Of a stretch of DNA of 62,608 nt, positions 43,065 to 54,146 are shown in pieces (within the stretch, counting starts at the first letter, position 1; each line of letters begins with the position of its first letter). Location: assembly GCA_900128585.1 (NCBI GenBank), contig LT642153.1, positions 1 to 62,608 on the forward strand, read 5' to 3'. The position numbers were made by a program, and so were the translations under genes. The notes beneath the pieces were generated by a model. It saw nothing but the letters and a program-made list of their open reading frames with translations. It was not told the origin of the DNA and did no database searches. This DNA comes from Stramenopiles sp. TOSAG23-3. Lineage: Eukaryota.

Positions 43065-44801
43065 TCAATTCCACGTGCTGGAATACCCAATGGAATATTC
43101 TTCTTTCCTAACTTGGGCTTCTTTCTGCCCCAAATCTCTCACTTCCGGGCTGCTTACTTTAACCCACAGGGACTTATCAGCCGCCTCTTCTGTGCTCGTT
43201 TTGCCGGTTTCAGGCGCAGAGTCTTCTTTGGTGAGGGTCGTGTCTTCGTCGCTATCGTTTGCTCCCAAATCACCTGCCGTATATTCTGTTTTTTCACGGA
43301 AAAATATGGCCACAGCCGCCTCCTTCGCGGGATTTGGCCCATCGCGCTCCCAACTAGCAACTCGCCCATGCGCCCATGCCAATATATTGGCGTGGTGAAA
43401 ACGAGTCCGGACGATATTGATTGGTGTTGGCCACACCTGTGACTCACGGTCAATTGCGGGCAACACACACCGAACAGTAATTTTGTAAAATAACTCTTCC
43501 GTTCTGCGCCCTAAACCGTTCCGCAAATTTTGGCTTTGCATTTGCACATACTCGTTCCAAAGCTTTGTCCCCCCATTGATTTGATGGTGCTGTGGTCCCG
43601 AAGGGCTTTCTTGAAAATATAACTTTCCATTGTACATGTTTATCGCCATGAAAACATAGCCCAGGTCGTTGCAGAGACCCCAGACGCCTGACATAAAGTT
43701 TCTTCGAGAAAACGGAGTTTTATATTTGAGAGCAATTTCGAATAACGAAGAGAGTTCTGGTGCCCACACTTCACGCGTTTGTGCATATGATTGGGCAATA
43801 GAGCCGATGCTAGCGAAGTCCCATGAATGGCGTGACATACTGTCGGAGATGTCTGGGTGGTTTCCACCCCACACCAACTCAGTGCGTTCACCGTTAGCCA
43901 ACAAATACTTCTGGCATACAGACAATAGCATCATCGCAAATGATTGGCGGTTCAAAGGGCCAGTTACTTCACTTTGATCTTCAGGCCCAAACATGACACC
44001 TTTTTCCGCGCCAATTAAATTAGGGACATTTTGAAAAATTGTGTCAAGGGCGTTTACCAATTTCTGCAGGCCGTGATATTTAATTAGCGGTAAAAGGCGG
44101 TACAAAACTTGCCCAGCCGCATCTTCAAACTTGAAGGACGATAAAATGGACATGGCATCTCTGAATTGTTTCGCATCGATCAACAGTGGTGCCCTTTCCC
44201 TCAAAATGGGGAGAGAAAATCTACCACGAGCCAAGTCCACCTTCAAAACCGTAGGAGAGTACTGGTCAAACTGTAAACTCAAAGTGCTCTTTTTTCTGCT
44301 ATACCTACATTTCAAGTTCGCATGGCGATTGTACAAGTGGCTGAACAACTCCAGGGAATGAATCGACACAATAGTGCAGTCCCATTTCCATTTAATGGGC
44401 TCAAAGTCCTTAACCATCAAAGATAACTTTGAGCACGCCAGCTGTCTATAGCTCAGTGGGTGCCAAAACTTCTTCGGCGACGGCCGTGTATCATCCCTAA
44501 AACTGCGTCCTCGTGAAGACTCTTGCCTCTTTACACATTTTACTGGCTCAAGATATACTATCCTACGCTTCCACATTGTATCATCACTCAGCATATGTTT
44601 CCACGCGCGACAAACGCAATAACATTCCTTCCATTCATGTAGGCTTAACATGTTTCGTCCTACGAAAGAAAATGCTAAAGCATAAAGACGTTTTGATTTT
44701 ATTCGCTCATTCTTTCGACTGGTTCTTCTGTTGTGTTTATAGGCAGCAAGTAACTCCCTGGCTTCCCTGTCTGCTTTTGCTTTACTCCGAGCTTGAAACA
44801 T
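43065..44801 (-). CDS. F-box-like protein
   Basis: LAFSFV...CYCVCRAWKHMLSDDTMWKR F-box-like pattern near the N-terminus. Confidence 0.65.
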   Translation of the reverse strand: MFQARSKAKADREARELLAAYKHNRRTSRKNERIKSKRLYALAFSFVGRNMLSLHEWKECYCVCRAWKHMLSDDTMWKRRIVYLEPVKCVKRQESSRGRSFRDDTRPSPKKFWHPLSYRQLACSKLSLMVKDFEPIKWKWDCTIVSIHSLELFSHLYNRHANLKCRYSRKKSTLSLQFDQYSPTVLKVDLARGRFSLPILRERAPLLIDAKQFRDAMSILSSFKFEDAAGQVLYRLLPLIKYHGLQKLVNALDTIFQNVPNLIGAEKGVMFGPEDQSEVTGPLNRQSFAMMLLSVCQKYLLANGERTELVWGGNHPDISDSMSRHSWDFASIGSIAQSYAQTREVWAPELSSLFEIALKYKTPFSRRNFMSGVWGLCNDLGYVFMAINMYNGKLYFQESPSGPQHHQINGGTKLWNEYVQMQSQNLRNGLGRRTEELFYKITVRCVLPAIDRESQVWPTPINIVRTRFHHANILAWAHGRVASWERDGPNPAKEAAVAIFFREKTEYTAGDLGANDSDEDTTLTKEDSAPETGKTSTEEAADKSLWVKVSSPEVRDLGQKEAQVRKEEYSIGYSSTWN

Positions 44802-46041
44802 GTTCTTTCTGGCCTTTATTTTTATGCTCCTTTCGACGCCTTACTTTTAGGTTGAACATCTATCGTCTTTTACTATTTTCCCCGTTTTAACACAAATGAT
44901 TTTTTCTTTTACACAAGAAAATGTTGAAAAGAGAGCGAACGGTATGGAATAGGATAAATATAATACCACCCCACTCCCCCCAATTCGACGACCGTTTTAT
45001 TATTCTTCTTCTACTACTATTTGTTTATATATACTACAACAGCAACAACCAACTCACTGGTATAATAATTATAATAATAATATTACACTGCTTTACTAGA
45101 CTTCTTCTACGGCAGTGATGATGAAACTGATGTCACCAAAGTGTTTAAAATGTGCTTGCTATCAATATTATAGACTATATACCGTACTCGACTCGTAGAT
45201 TACGAAGTAGTCGTCGCTCTTCTTCTTCAGATTTTATTCATTCTCGCTCCCGTCCGTCCTCCTGTGGTTTCTTTCTTTCCTTGGTGTGTCCTGTTTGTTG
45301 TGTTTTGTTGTTGTTTATAGTCTATATAGTTAATTAATTAATTATAAATAAAAGCCAACCTCCACACTGCTACCTCTCCCCACTTCATATATTTAATACT
45401 ATTACATTGTATTATAAATACCATTTAGTATTACCTCCTTCTTCTTCCTTTTATTATTATAATTTAATAAAACCTTCCCCCCGTCGTTGGGCGGGGAAGG
45501 AAGGGCCTGGCCCCCCTCCCCTTTCCTTTCCCTTGCTCCCTCACTCCATTGGCACCTACCTACCTACCTTCCTTGCTTGCGCTTGCTTCTTTCTTCTTGT
45601 TATTGTTGATTATATTATTGAAAATAATATATAATAAGAAGGAGGGAGCGAGGAGGAGAGAAGAAGAAGATGAAAAAATAAAAATGTATAAAAAATAATA
45701 AATAAAATAAGGAGGAGAGAGAAGAAGAAGAAGAGGAGGAGGACGGAGGTCTGTTGATATTTCTTCTTCTTTTACTGTAGTATTATTATTATTATATTTA
45801 TTAATAAAATAATAAATTAGAAGTCATCAACAACAACAAAAGTAAAAAAAAAATTATTTACTTATTATTATCCATGGTTTGTTTTTCTGTTTAAGTTTAT
45901 ATCCCATATCAGTGTGTATGGTCGGTACCACCGTTTCTTTAGTATAGAGCATACGATTAAAAGAAAGGAACAAACAGGTATATCAACAACTACATATGTA
46001 AATTGACAAGTGATATTGCGTTTCATATATACCAAGAAGAC

Positions 46042-46494
46042 ATGTCGAAAAAACGTCCTCGGTCAGAGTCAACAGAAGGGAACGACGATCGCTTGGCAAT
46101 AGCAGAGAAACATTTGCTTAGCGTGTTGCAAAAGCTAGACATTTTTGAAAATGAGTTGTCGGATAGTCTGAAGGACAAAGCAGTAGATGGTATTGCTGGT
46201 AACCATGAGGAGGCCCGGGATGCAGTCCTGCAAAAGTTAGCAGATAGTGTTATGGGGTATCAAAACTCTTTAGTGACGCTTGTAGATTGGTGTAAAGAAA
46301 CAGAGAAGAGCAAAGAGTTTCCAGATATCAAAGTGCCGGAAAGTTACTACAAAAGGATCTTTGAAGACAACGAGCACTTCACTAATCCCGAGATCGATGT
46401 AACCAAAAATCTTTTAGAACTCAAAGATCAAAAGAAACAACTGGAGCACGCCGATTTTATCTTCAGGAAGGTGGCTGAAGGAATACAAAAATAG
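46042..46494 (+). CDS. Small helical protein, possibly Mediator subunit MED10-like
   Basis: Size and the DIKVPE...ED...NPE motif recall Med10; similarity is weak. Confidence 0.5.
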   Translation: MSKKRPRSESTEGNDDRLAIAEKHLLSVLQKLDIFENELSDSLKDKAVDGIAGNHEEARDAVLQKLADSVMGYQNSLVTLVDWCKETEKSKEFPDIKVPESYYKRIFEDNEHFTNPEIDVTKNLLELKDQKKQLEHADFIFRKVAEGIQK

Positions 46495-46888
46495 CATGTG
46501 GGCGATTTTGAGGAGGTGCAGTATTTTTGGTTTGGGTATTGAGTCGTACCATCTCAATCCGTCACGGGCAGAATATAGCGCGATCGTTTACTTCGTGCTG
46601 GCGAATCTTGTATATACTTCGTATTAAGTAAATTCTTTTTGTTTTTCTTTTAAATATAGACATGACATTATTGATTTAAAAAAAAAAAATATTACGGAAC
46701 TAGTACACAAAGTACGATCGTTCGTACTTCGTCAAATAAAAAATAAAATCCATTCTCAGAGAAATTGTCTCCCGAGAAAGTAATAAACGCAGGGGCGTGC
46801 GTGAAAAAATAGCATTGCCATCACGCGGGCATTACTCGTCCATCCACTTAGTAATAAACGTTACAATCCATTACGTTGCGGTCACTCT

Positions 46889-47881
46889 TTAGTTGCGATT
46901 GAAACGAGCATTTCGCTTCCGACGGCGTGCTGCTTCTTCCTTGGAAACTTTCTTCTTCTTTTTCTCTGGCACTACAACTTTTCTCCTATTCTTTTTGTTC
47001 TTCTGGTTGTTATTCTTTCCACCAGATTTTTGCCCTGTCTTGAAACTGCCGATGCGGTTGTTCCGCTCCGGTGTTTTGCTCCTGTTTTTGTTCTGTCGGC
47101 CTTGGTTCGTGTTGTTGTTTCGTCGCTTTTTCGCGCTAGGACTTTGCTCTCGTGCCCTCGCGTTATTCTCATTGCCTCGTTTTCGCTTATTCTTTTTCTT
47201 TCCCTGAGGAGTATTGGCTCTTTGGTTGTTGTTTCCCTTCTTCTTTTTGTTCGGAGTATTGGCTCTTTGGTCGTTGTTTCCCTTCTTTTTCTTCTTCTTG
47301 CCTTTGGGGGGGTTTGCACCACTTGCGTTCCTCTCAGATTCAGGAGGAGGTGGGACGAACCCAAACCGCTTTTGTCGCCTGAGCAATTTCACTTGTTCCA
47401 CAAGAGGATCAACGTAGCCAAATTCTTTCGCTCGAGCAACCCGTTTGTCGAATTCTTCATCAGACATATCTTCAACTTTGGACTTCGTTGCCTTTGGCGC
47501 TGTCGCTTTGGGCATTTCAGTGCCAAAGCGTTTTGCTCTTTCTACGAGACGAGCGAACTTTTCTTGCTCGTCGTCCAGGTCGTCTGTCGCGCCGGCTGCC
47601 TCTTCGGCTACGCTTTCTTTTGCTGCGCTTGCGCCTGCCTTAGCGGTTTTTGCAGGAGACTTCTTCTTGCTCTTCGGTGGGGAGGCAGGCTCCGCTTCTT
47701 CGTCTGCATTATCCTCGCCGCCATCTTCCACGGCATCCTCGGTGCCTAACAATTCCGCGTCCAGGGCCTCTTCCAATCGCTCGATCAGGGCGGCCTTCAA
47801 CCCGGACGTGTCGAGGCTTCGCTTCTTCAGTTCGTCTCGCAACTCTGCAACCCTAAGCGCTCTTGGGTTTATGTCTGACAT
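46889..47881 (-). CDS. SAP-domain protein, SARNP/Tho1/MOS11-like
   Basis: SAP motif LRVAELRDELKKRSLDTSGLKAALIERL; repeated RAKRFG/RAKEFG/RQKRFG/RNARF motifs. Confidence 0.85.
   Translation of the reverse strand: MSDINPRALRVAELRDELKKRSLDTSGLKAALIERLEEALDAELLGTEDAVEDGGEDNADEEAEPASPPKSKKKSPAKTAKAGASAAKESVAEEAAGATDDLDDEQEKFARLVERAKRFGTEMPKATAPKATKSKVEDMSDEEFDKRVARAKEFGYVDPLVEQVKLLRRQKRFGFVPPPPESERNASGANPPKGKKKKKKGNNDQRANTPNKKKKGNNNQRANTPQGKKKNKRKRGNENNARAREQSPSAKKRRNNNTNQGRQNKNRSKTPERNNRIGSFKTGQKSGGKNNNQKNKKNRRKVVVPEKKKKKVSKEEAARRRKRNARFNRN
47208..47295 (-). repeat. 45-bp coding tandem duplication (KKKKGNNxQRANTP twice)
   Basis: GGAGTATTGGCTCTTTGG at 47208 and 47253. Confidence 0.85.
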
Positions 47882-49207
47882 CGCGATATTTTTATCAGGT
47901 AGAACTCTTTAAATCTGTGAGGTGCGTGAAAGAAGTAAGTAAGTAGTAATGAATGTGATTGAATATTATGTCAACTGAAGTCCCACGAAAATTTCAGATT
48001 CGATGAATAGGAATGGTTGCAATTAGTTTATCGTTTGATTCAAATGTAAACGATACAAAAAAATGCAAAAGTAGTTTGAATTAAAACAATATAATAATTA
48101 TTATTAATAAAAAAAAAGAAGCAGCAACAAGAAGAAGAAGAAAGAAGAAGAAGACTGAGATGATAGGTAGAGCTATTTATTATATATACTATTCCACTGA
48201 TGTTGTTTTTATTACAATAATATTCATTATATTTCCTTCTTTCTTGAGATTTGTGCTATAGTGTGTTCCTGTAGTTAATTAAATGATCGAAGCGTGGGGT
48301 GGTGGTGGGAAGGGGGGAAAAGAATGTGTGGTGTGCATACATCACACAGCATCTGAATAGGACGCGATCAGCAGAACACAGAACATTCAAAAAACATAGG
48401 GATGAAACTGGTCACAACATCACACTACCTGGTAGCTTGCTTTGTTAATATTTTAGTGTAGTAACATATAGAAGTTAAAGTAGAGCCATCATGCGTTTCG
48501 TGCCATAGAGGTAGGTATTAACTAGGTAGACAGTGTAAAGGAGGAAAGAGGCGCGAGATGTTTCTTCCTTTCGCCGCGCCGCGCACATAACAAATACATG
48601 AATGTTGTTGTTTATAGGGTTAATATAACTTCCATTTAAAATAATGGTTTAACACTTTTTTAATTAAATTTGTATAAAATTAATATTATTTATGGTGAAA
48701 TATGACATAATATCTTCATTAACACTATTAAAACATTATTTTATAATATTACATTTTAATACTTTATTTACATATTTTATGTTCAAACGATTTATAATTT
48801 TAATAAAATAGACAAATATAGAAAAAATTAAACAGTTATAATATTTTTGAATAATATATACATATTATGAATATGTATAATATATTTGTGTGCTAAAGTT
48901 ATAAAATAGCATAGAAAAAGCATTATTTTTTACAAAAACTGTTTTTAACTATAAACCTAACATTAACACTAACTATGTTGAGGAGGCGTAGTCATCATTT
49001 TATTATATTTTTTAGTAGTCGCGTCAGGCATCAGGCAGGAATCGCGGACGTCCTGTCATCATCACACTCCGCACATCAATTTAATTTTGCCCCTCCTTCG
49101 TTCAGTTCGTTCCTTTGCTTTGAGTTAAAAGCCATATTAGTTCGTTTTATTATATCTTGCTTACCGTTTTTTAACTAAGCTGTGGTTTTGTCTACTTGAA
49201 ATAATCA

Positions 49208-49267
49208 GTAAGTTAGTTCCCTACATCAAGAAAATTAAATAAACACTTGGCACGTTTTTTGTCCCAG
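49208..49267 (+). other. Possible 60-nt 5'-UTR intron of the TPR gene
   Basis: GTAAGT...TTTTTTGTCCCAG ending 17 nt before the ATG; no clear branch motif. Confidence 0.35.
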
Positions 49268-49284
49268 CTCGTCGAGTTTTCCCT

Positions 49285-49917
49285 ATGTCAGCTTTTGCAT
49301 CCTCCACGAAGAAGGACGCTGGCAGTAGTGAAAGTAGTAAGCCGTCAGCGTCCAAGCCGCAATATTTTTCTGTTGAAGCCAAGATCCAGAAAGCTTTAGG
49401 GTATAAGGAAAAGGGCAATGTGTCATTTAAAGCCAAGAAGTACAGAAAAGCAATTCGTATGTATCATTTTATGTTTGCATACATCACAGGTTTACCAGGG
49501 CAGTCCCTATCAGGAGAGGCAGGTGGTATGGCAAACTTCCTACAGGGTGTGCAGGGTGAGACGGAAGACCCAATGTCTGAAACAGAGTCACAGCAAATCA
49601 GCGATTTACTCGCAACAGCCAATTTAAACATATCAAGCTCCTATATACAACTGAAAGATTCTGAAAATGCCTTAAAGTTTGGCAAGGCCGCTCTTGCGAG
49701 TGACCCAAACCGCTGGAAGGCCCACTTGCGAAAAGGTCAAGCATACATGATGAAGAAGGACTTTGAAAATGCAAAGGAGGCACTAGAATGTGCGCTGTCG
49801 ATGCAAGGTGGAACAGAAAAATATATTCTTAAGGAAATGAAACGCTTGAAGCTGCTGGAGAAAAGGGAAGATAACATAGCAAAGAAGCGTTACAAAGGAA
49901 TGTTTGAAAAGTTATGA
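49285..49917 (+). CDS. TPR protein, TTC9-like
   Basis: KEKGNVSFKAKKYRKAIRMYH, LNISSSY, DPNRWKAHLRKGQAY and a C-terminal YKGMF. Confidence 0.8.
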   Translation: MSAFASSTKKDAGSSESSKPSASKPQYFSVEAKIQKALGYKEKGNVSFKAKKYRKAIRMYHFMFAYITGLPGQSLSGEAGGMANFLQGVQGETEDPMSETESQQISDLLATANLNISSSYIQLKDSENALKFGKAALASDPNRWKAHLRKGQAYMMKKDFENAKEALECALSMQGGTEKYILKEMKRLKLLEKREDNIAKKRYKGMFEKL

Positions 49918-50161
49918 AAGGCATCTCTATCTACGTGCGTAAGAATGATCTGCGTTCGGTAGTCGTTGTTGTTGATGATTTCGACCCCCGACCAATTTAT
50001 TCGGTCGTCGATCAAATGAAAAGGTATTTCATTACTCCCTGTATTTGTATACTTCGTACTAAGTACTCGTATTAAATACTTTGGACGTTAATATATGTAT
50101 ATATATTTTGTGGTACAAGCACCCTAATGCAATAAACCAACCACATTCCACCATGGCCGAC

Positions 50162-51178
50162 TCAGCCTTCGACAAAGCTATAGAGCGCGCCCGTGAAGTA
50201 GTCGATGTTGAACGGTGAGTCGCAGCCGCGGTGTGTCGCACCTTGGCAAAGGGCGGTCTTGGTCGTGGCATTGGACGTCAGCGAGTAGCTCACTAGCACC
50301 GGGTAAATGTCCGTTTTCGACGCGAAGGCCATCCCGTAGATTGTGCGGCGAAGGGGGTCCCACGCCGAGATACCGTTGGACACACTGTAGGCATCAAAAC
50401 CAGCCAGGATGGTTGGCTGAAAGGAGCTCGTCTCGATCGTGAAGGCGTAGGGCTTGAACGTCGCCGCATCCAGACCGAGGGCGACGATGTCGCCGGTGTG
50501 CGGATCGTGCTCCATTGCGTGGACCATCTGCGCGGCTGGCAACGTGCGGCGCGCCGTCTCTGTTCCCTTTGTGAGATCGATGGCGACCAGGTCGAAAAGG
50601 CCGCTGACCGAGTAGTTCTTGGCGGGGCTCATCAGCCAGTAGGTCGAGCTCACGACATCGAAGCAGTGCGGCGCGTCCAACAACCCCTCCGCGCCGGCGA
50701 GGAAGCCTTCGGAGAGCTTCTGCACCGCGTGGCCCTTGGAGGGGTCGATTATGTATGCAGTGTGCTTCTGGGTTGCCGTGTCGATACCGGAGATCACGAG
50801 GCCATGCTTGCCATATGCATCGATCGTCATGCCCACCCCGATCTCCACTGAATTCTGCAGCAGAGGAGTCTGGAAGACGCCGGTGATGGACGCATCGGCC
50901 AGCGATATGCCGACGATTGAAGTCTCAACGCCGTCGGTTTTGTTCAGTGCCAGTACGTACATCGTTGCCGTATCCTCCCAGATTGTGCTCAGCTGCGGGC
51001 CGATTGGGTTAAATTGCTGCCCGAGGTCGACCTTGCCGATGGTCTTGTTGGTGCCGTTTCCGTCGATGTGGATGAGGTAGTCTTGCATCTGGCTCAGCGA
51101 GTACATGCCCGCAGCCGGTGGCGGCTCGCGCGTCGCGGCGACGGCGAGCGTGGATACGAGAAGAATGCACGCCAGCAT
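50162..51178 (-). CDS. GC-rich secreted protein, probably beta-rich or propeller-like
   Basis: Signal peptide MLACILLVSTLAVAA; 338-aa ORF with strong G/C-ending codon bias. Confidence 0.75.
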   Translation of the reverse strand: MLACILLVSTLAVAATREPPPAAGMYSLSQMQDYLIHIDGNGTNKTIGKVDLGQQFNPIGPQLSTIWEDTATMYVLALNKTDGVETSIVGISLADASITGVFQTPLLQNSVEIGVGMTIDAYGKHGLVISGIDTATQKHTAYIIDPSKGHAVQKLSEGFLAGAEGLLDAPHCFDVVSSTYWLMSPAKNYSVSGLFDLVAIDLTKGTETARRTLPAAQMVHAMEHDPHTGDIVALGLDAATFKPYAFTIETSSFQPTILAGFDAYSVSNGISAWDPLRRTIYGMAFASKTDIYPVLVSYSLTSNATTKTALCQGATHRGCDSPFNIDYFTGALYSFVEG

Positions 51179-51785
51179 GGGTTCTCGGCGGCGACGGGCC
51201 GCGGTGTCTCACACAAGAAAAGTAAAAAGTACAGTGGCGCGACACCACTCAAACCCCAGAGTACTGTGCCTGCGGTCTAGTATAGCGGAGGTGATAACCC
51301 CCACCCCACCCCATGCGTGGTCAGAGTTCACAGAGCTGAAGCAACTAAAAAAATTAAACTGTGTAATAATAGTGTGGTGGTGTGGCCACTATTATTAAAA
51401 TACAAATTTATTGCCCATTATATTATTATATAATATTTTTTTGCAAGTACCCTCCTTGGTAGTATAATATTATTATTAATATTTTTGTTTTTAATTTAAT
51501 TGATACACAACAACAGCACAACAACAAAATAACAGTATGATTCTTCAAACAACCAAAAAAATTCAGAGATAATAAATTTTAACAACAAATTATTAGACCA
51601 TATATATTAAAGAGAAAAAAAATACGAGTAACATTTTGATCTTGAACACACGTAGATTTCGTTAATTCATGCATGCATCAAAAACAACTAGACCTAAAAT
51701 CTGAAATAATCATGAATCCCATTCGTGTGCGAATTTTTTCTTGCTTCTTCTTCCTGGATGAAAAAAACCAAAGACATTCGTTCCG

Positions 51786-54146
51786 TCATCGTGGGCTAGC
51801 ACTAATGTTCCCACCATCAACAGTGAATATGCACCCAGTTGTTTTCTCGCTAACAGCAAGGTGTAAAAATGCCCGCGCAACATCCACCGACAGCACCTCA
51901 CGTTTCAGCAAATTGCTCTTGAAATATTCTGTGGCTGTCAGCCCTCTGCTCTTGGCGCGTTCTTCGACCAGCTTCATGTCAAACAGATTTGTACGAACAC
52001 GGTCAGGGTTTACTCCATTGGAGGTAATCCCGTTCGTTCCATATTCAATGGCATATTGCCTCATTAATGCTAATGTTGCCGCTTTCGCGACAACATACGG
52101 ACCCAGCTGGGGTCCTGGGTTTAAAGGCGCTTTCGAAACATTATAAAGGAGGGACCCCCCTACTCCTTGGGCCAGCATACACTGCACAACGGAAGAACTG
52201 ACGATTTGATGGCCAAAAAAATTTATGTTCATACTTCGCGACAGATCGTCTTCATTGCACGATGCCATGCCTGGTGCAGCCTGAATCACTATCCCTGCGT
52301 TTGATACCAGGATGTCAATCCCACCAAAGATAAAAGAAGCTTGGTGTACCGAGTTTGCCACGGCAACACTGTTGGTTACATCAACTTGTGCGCCGGCTAC
52401 TTCAAACCCTAACTTTGATAGTCTTTGAACTTCGTCGTCCACTCGGTCCTTTCTTACGTCAGCAATAAAGATACACGCACCTGCGTTGGCAAACAATTCT
52501 GCGGTGGCTAAACCTATACCGGATGCTCCCCCAGTAATATATGCCACTTTACCATCTAACGCACCTTGCTTCTTCGCGCCTATTTTCAATTTTCTCTGTT
52601 CTAATTCCCAATATTCGCATTCAAACAGATGGGACTCTGACACTGGGCGATACCCGCCAAGCGCCATGCAGTTTAAAATGACTGGCACGGTGTGCTCGTA
52701 TATATCTGCAGCAATCCTCGCTGCCTTGAGCGTTTTTCCCACCGTTACTAGTCCCATCCCTTCGATTAGGATTACTCTTGGCAAGGGGTCTAGTTCAATT
52801 TTTTCCCCGTTCTTGTTATTGCGAAGGAAATAGGCATGGTAGCTTTCTTCGTATTCCTGTAATTTTGACTCGCAAAATTGAAACAAAGCTTTGTACATAT
52901 CTCCCCTTGAAACATTGTCAATTGAATTGCCCATGTTGTAAAAGCAACTAATGCCTCTTACCACTAAAGGGCATCCCTTCGTGCGTATGACATGGTCCGG
53001 TGTTATTGTTCCAATCTGACTCCATTCTTCACACTGGGAACTGTGAATAAAGGCTTCGACGACAGGATTCTTCCGAATGCTTAAAATCCATGAACGTGAA
53101 CTCCGTTTCCGAAAAACACCTCGAAATGCGTTCATAACACACGATTTAAAATCATCAGAAAGCATCAAGCAGTTAACATAACCCGGTTTTGACAGCGAGT
53201 TGCGATTAAAATATGCAGGCTGTGGATTCGGCAAATAAGGAGTTAACAGTGCTGGCAATTTCATACGGCATTTGTTGACGATGTACTTTCTTGCTATTTC
53301 GACGCATTTTATATGCATCTCGTATGATTCTCTGGCGGTTCTTCCCCATGTAAACAAACCGTGTTGCAACAAAATCAAGCAATCAACGTTTGGGTTCTTT
53401 TCGTAGTGTTTGTCACAGAGTACTGCCAACTTTATCCCAGGCATTGCATACGGGATCACACCGACAACGATGCCATGGGGCGCAAACGCTTCCTGGATTG
53501 CTGTGGTCGAATGTTGTTCGCCTAAATCGCCGATGGTGACAATACTATCTGCATGGCTGTGATCTACGAATTTGTACGGGAGCATTGCGTGCAGCAGGGT
53601 TTCTACACTCGGATTTGGAGAACTAGCGTCAACCATATGTGTGCGCAATTCGTTTACCATTTGTGGGTCGCTTAGTGCCTCGAGCTTCAAAAGTTTTCGG
53701 CAGTGCGCGGTATCGACTTGTGGAAAACCTTCGGGGGGGATCATGTCCAGTCCGTAGCCGCTACCTTTTACAGCAGTGAGATCAATTGTCTCCCCTGTTA
53801 TAACCCTCTTTGTCAGTTTCACGGACGTGTTTCCACCTCCATGAAGGACGAGATCTGCCTCTTTTCCAATCAAATTTGAAGTGTAGCACCGTAGAGCTAA
53901 ATCTTTTCCCCACGCTCCACCGTACTTTCTTACGTAACTTTGGGCGTCCGCTTCCGAGTACTGAGGAAAGCCACTTGGTGCTTTCGAGTCAACCGCAGAG
54001 CTGCTGCAAGGATTCCCATTTAGCTGATATGCCAATTTTTGCATACGTCGACGAGATGACTCGGAGGCGGCTACTCGCGAAGCTTCAGTTGAAAAAGAAC
54101 AACAACCATTTTTTTGGCACGTAGACTTGTTGTGCACACTGTCCAT
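51786..54146 (-). CDS. Bifunctional class II aldolase / short-chain dehydrogenase (RhaD-SDR fusion type)
   Basis: LVLHGGGNTSVK, PSVETLLHA, VDHSHAD, TPDHVIRTK and EYWELEQRKL, then the SDR motifs TGGASGIG, NAG and YVVAK. Confidence 0.92.
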   Translation of the reverse strand: MDSVHNKSTCQKNGCCSFSTEASRVAASESSRRRMQKLAYQLNGNPCSSSAVDSKAPSGFPQYSEADAQSYVRKYGGAWGKDLALRCYTSNLIGKEADLVLHGGGNTSVKLTKRVITGETIDLTAVKGSGYGLDMIPPEGFPQVDTAHCRKLLKLEALSDPQMVNELRTHMVDASSPNPSVETLLHAMLPYKFVDHSHADSIVTIGDLGEQHSTTAIQEAFAPHGIVVGVIPYAMPGIKLAVLCDKHYEKNPNVDCLILLQHGLFTWGRTARESYEMHIKCVEIARKYIVNKCRMKLPALLTPYLPNPQPAYFNRNSLSKPGYVNCLMLSDDFKSCVMNAFRGVFRKRSSRSWILSIRKNPVVEAFIHSSQCEEWSQIGTITPDHVIRTKGCPLVVRGISCFYNMGNSIDNVSRGDMYKALFQFCESKLQEYEESYHAYFLRNNKNGEKIELDPLPRVILIEGMGLVTVGKTLKAARIAADIYEHTVPVILNCMALGGYRPVSESHLFECEYWELEQRKLKIGAKKQGALDGKVAYITGGASGIGLATAELFANAGACIFIADVRKDRVDDEVQRLSKLGFEVAGAQVDVTNSVAVANSVHQASFIFGGIDILVSNAGIVIQAAPGMASCNEDDLSRSMNINFFGHQIVSSSVVQCMLAQGVGGSLLYNVSKAPLNPGPQLGPYVVAKAATLALMRQYAIEYGTNGITSNGVNPDRVRTNLFDMKLVEERAKSRGLTATEYFKSNLLKREVLSVDVARAFLHLAVSEKTTGCIFTVDGGNISASPR

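Noticed and set aside
49020..49075. Minus-strand GTGATGA...CTGA as a C/D box snoRNA
   Set aside because: Boxes only about 40 nt apart and no recognisable rRNA guide sequence
9471..54146. Bacterial-type enzymes as a prey-digestion gene cluster or genomic island
   Set aside because: They are scattered among core eukaryotic genes, with no clustering or shared boundaries
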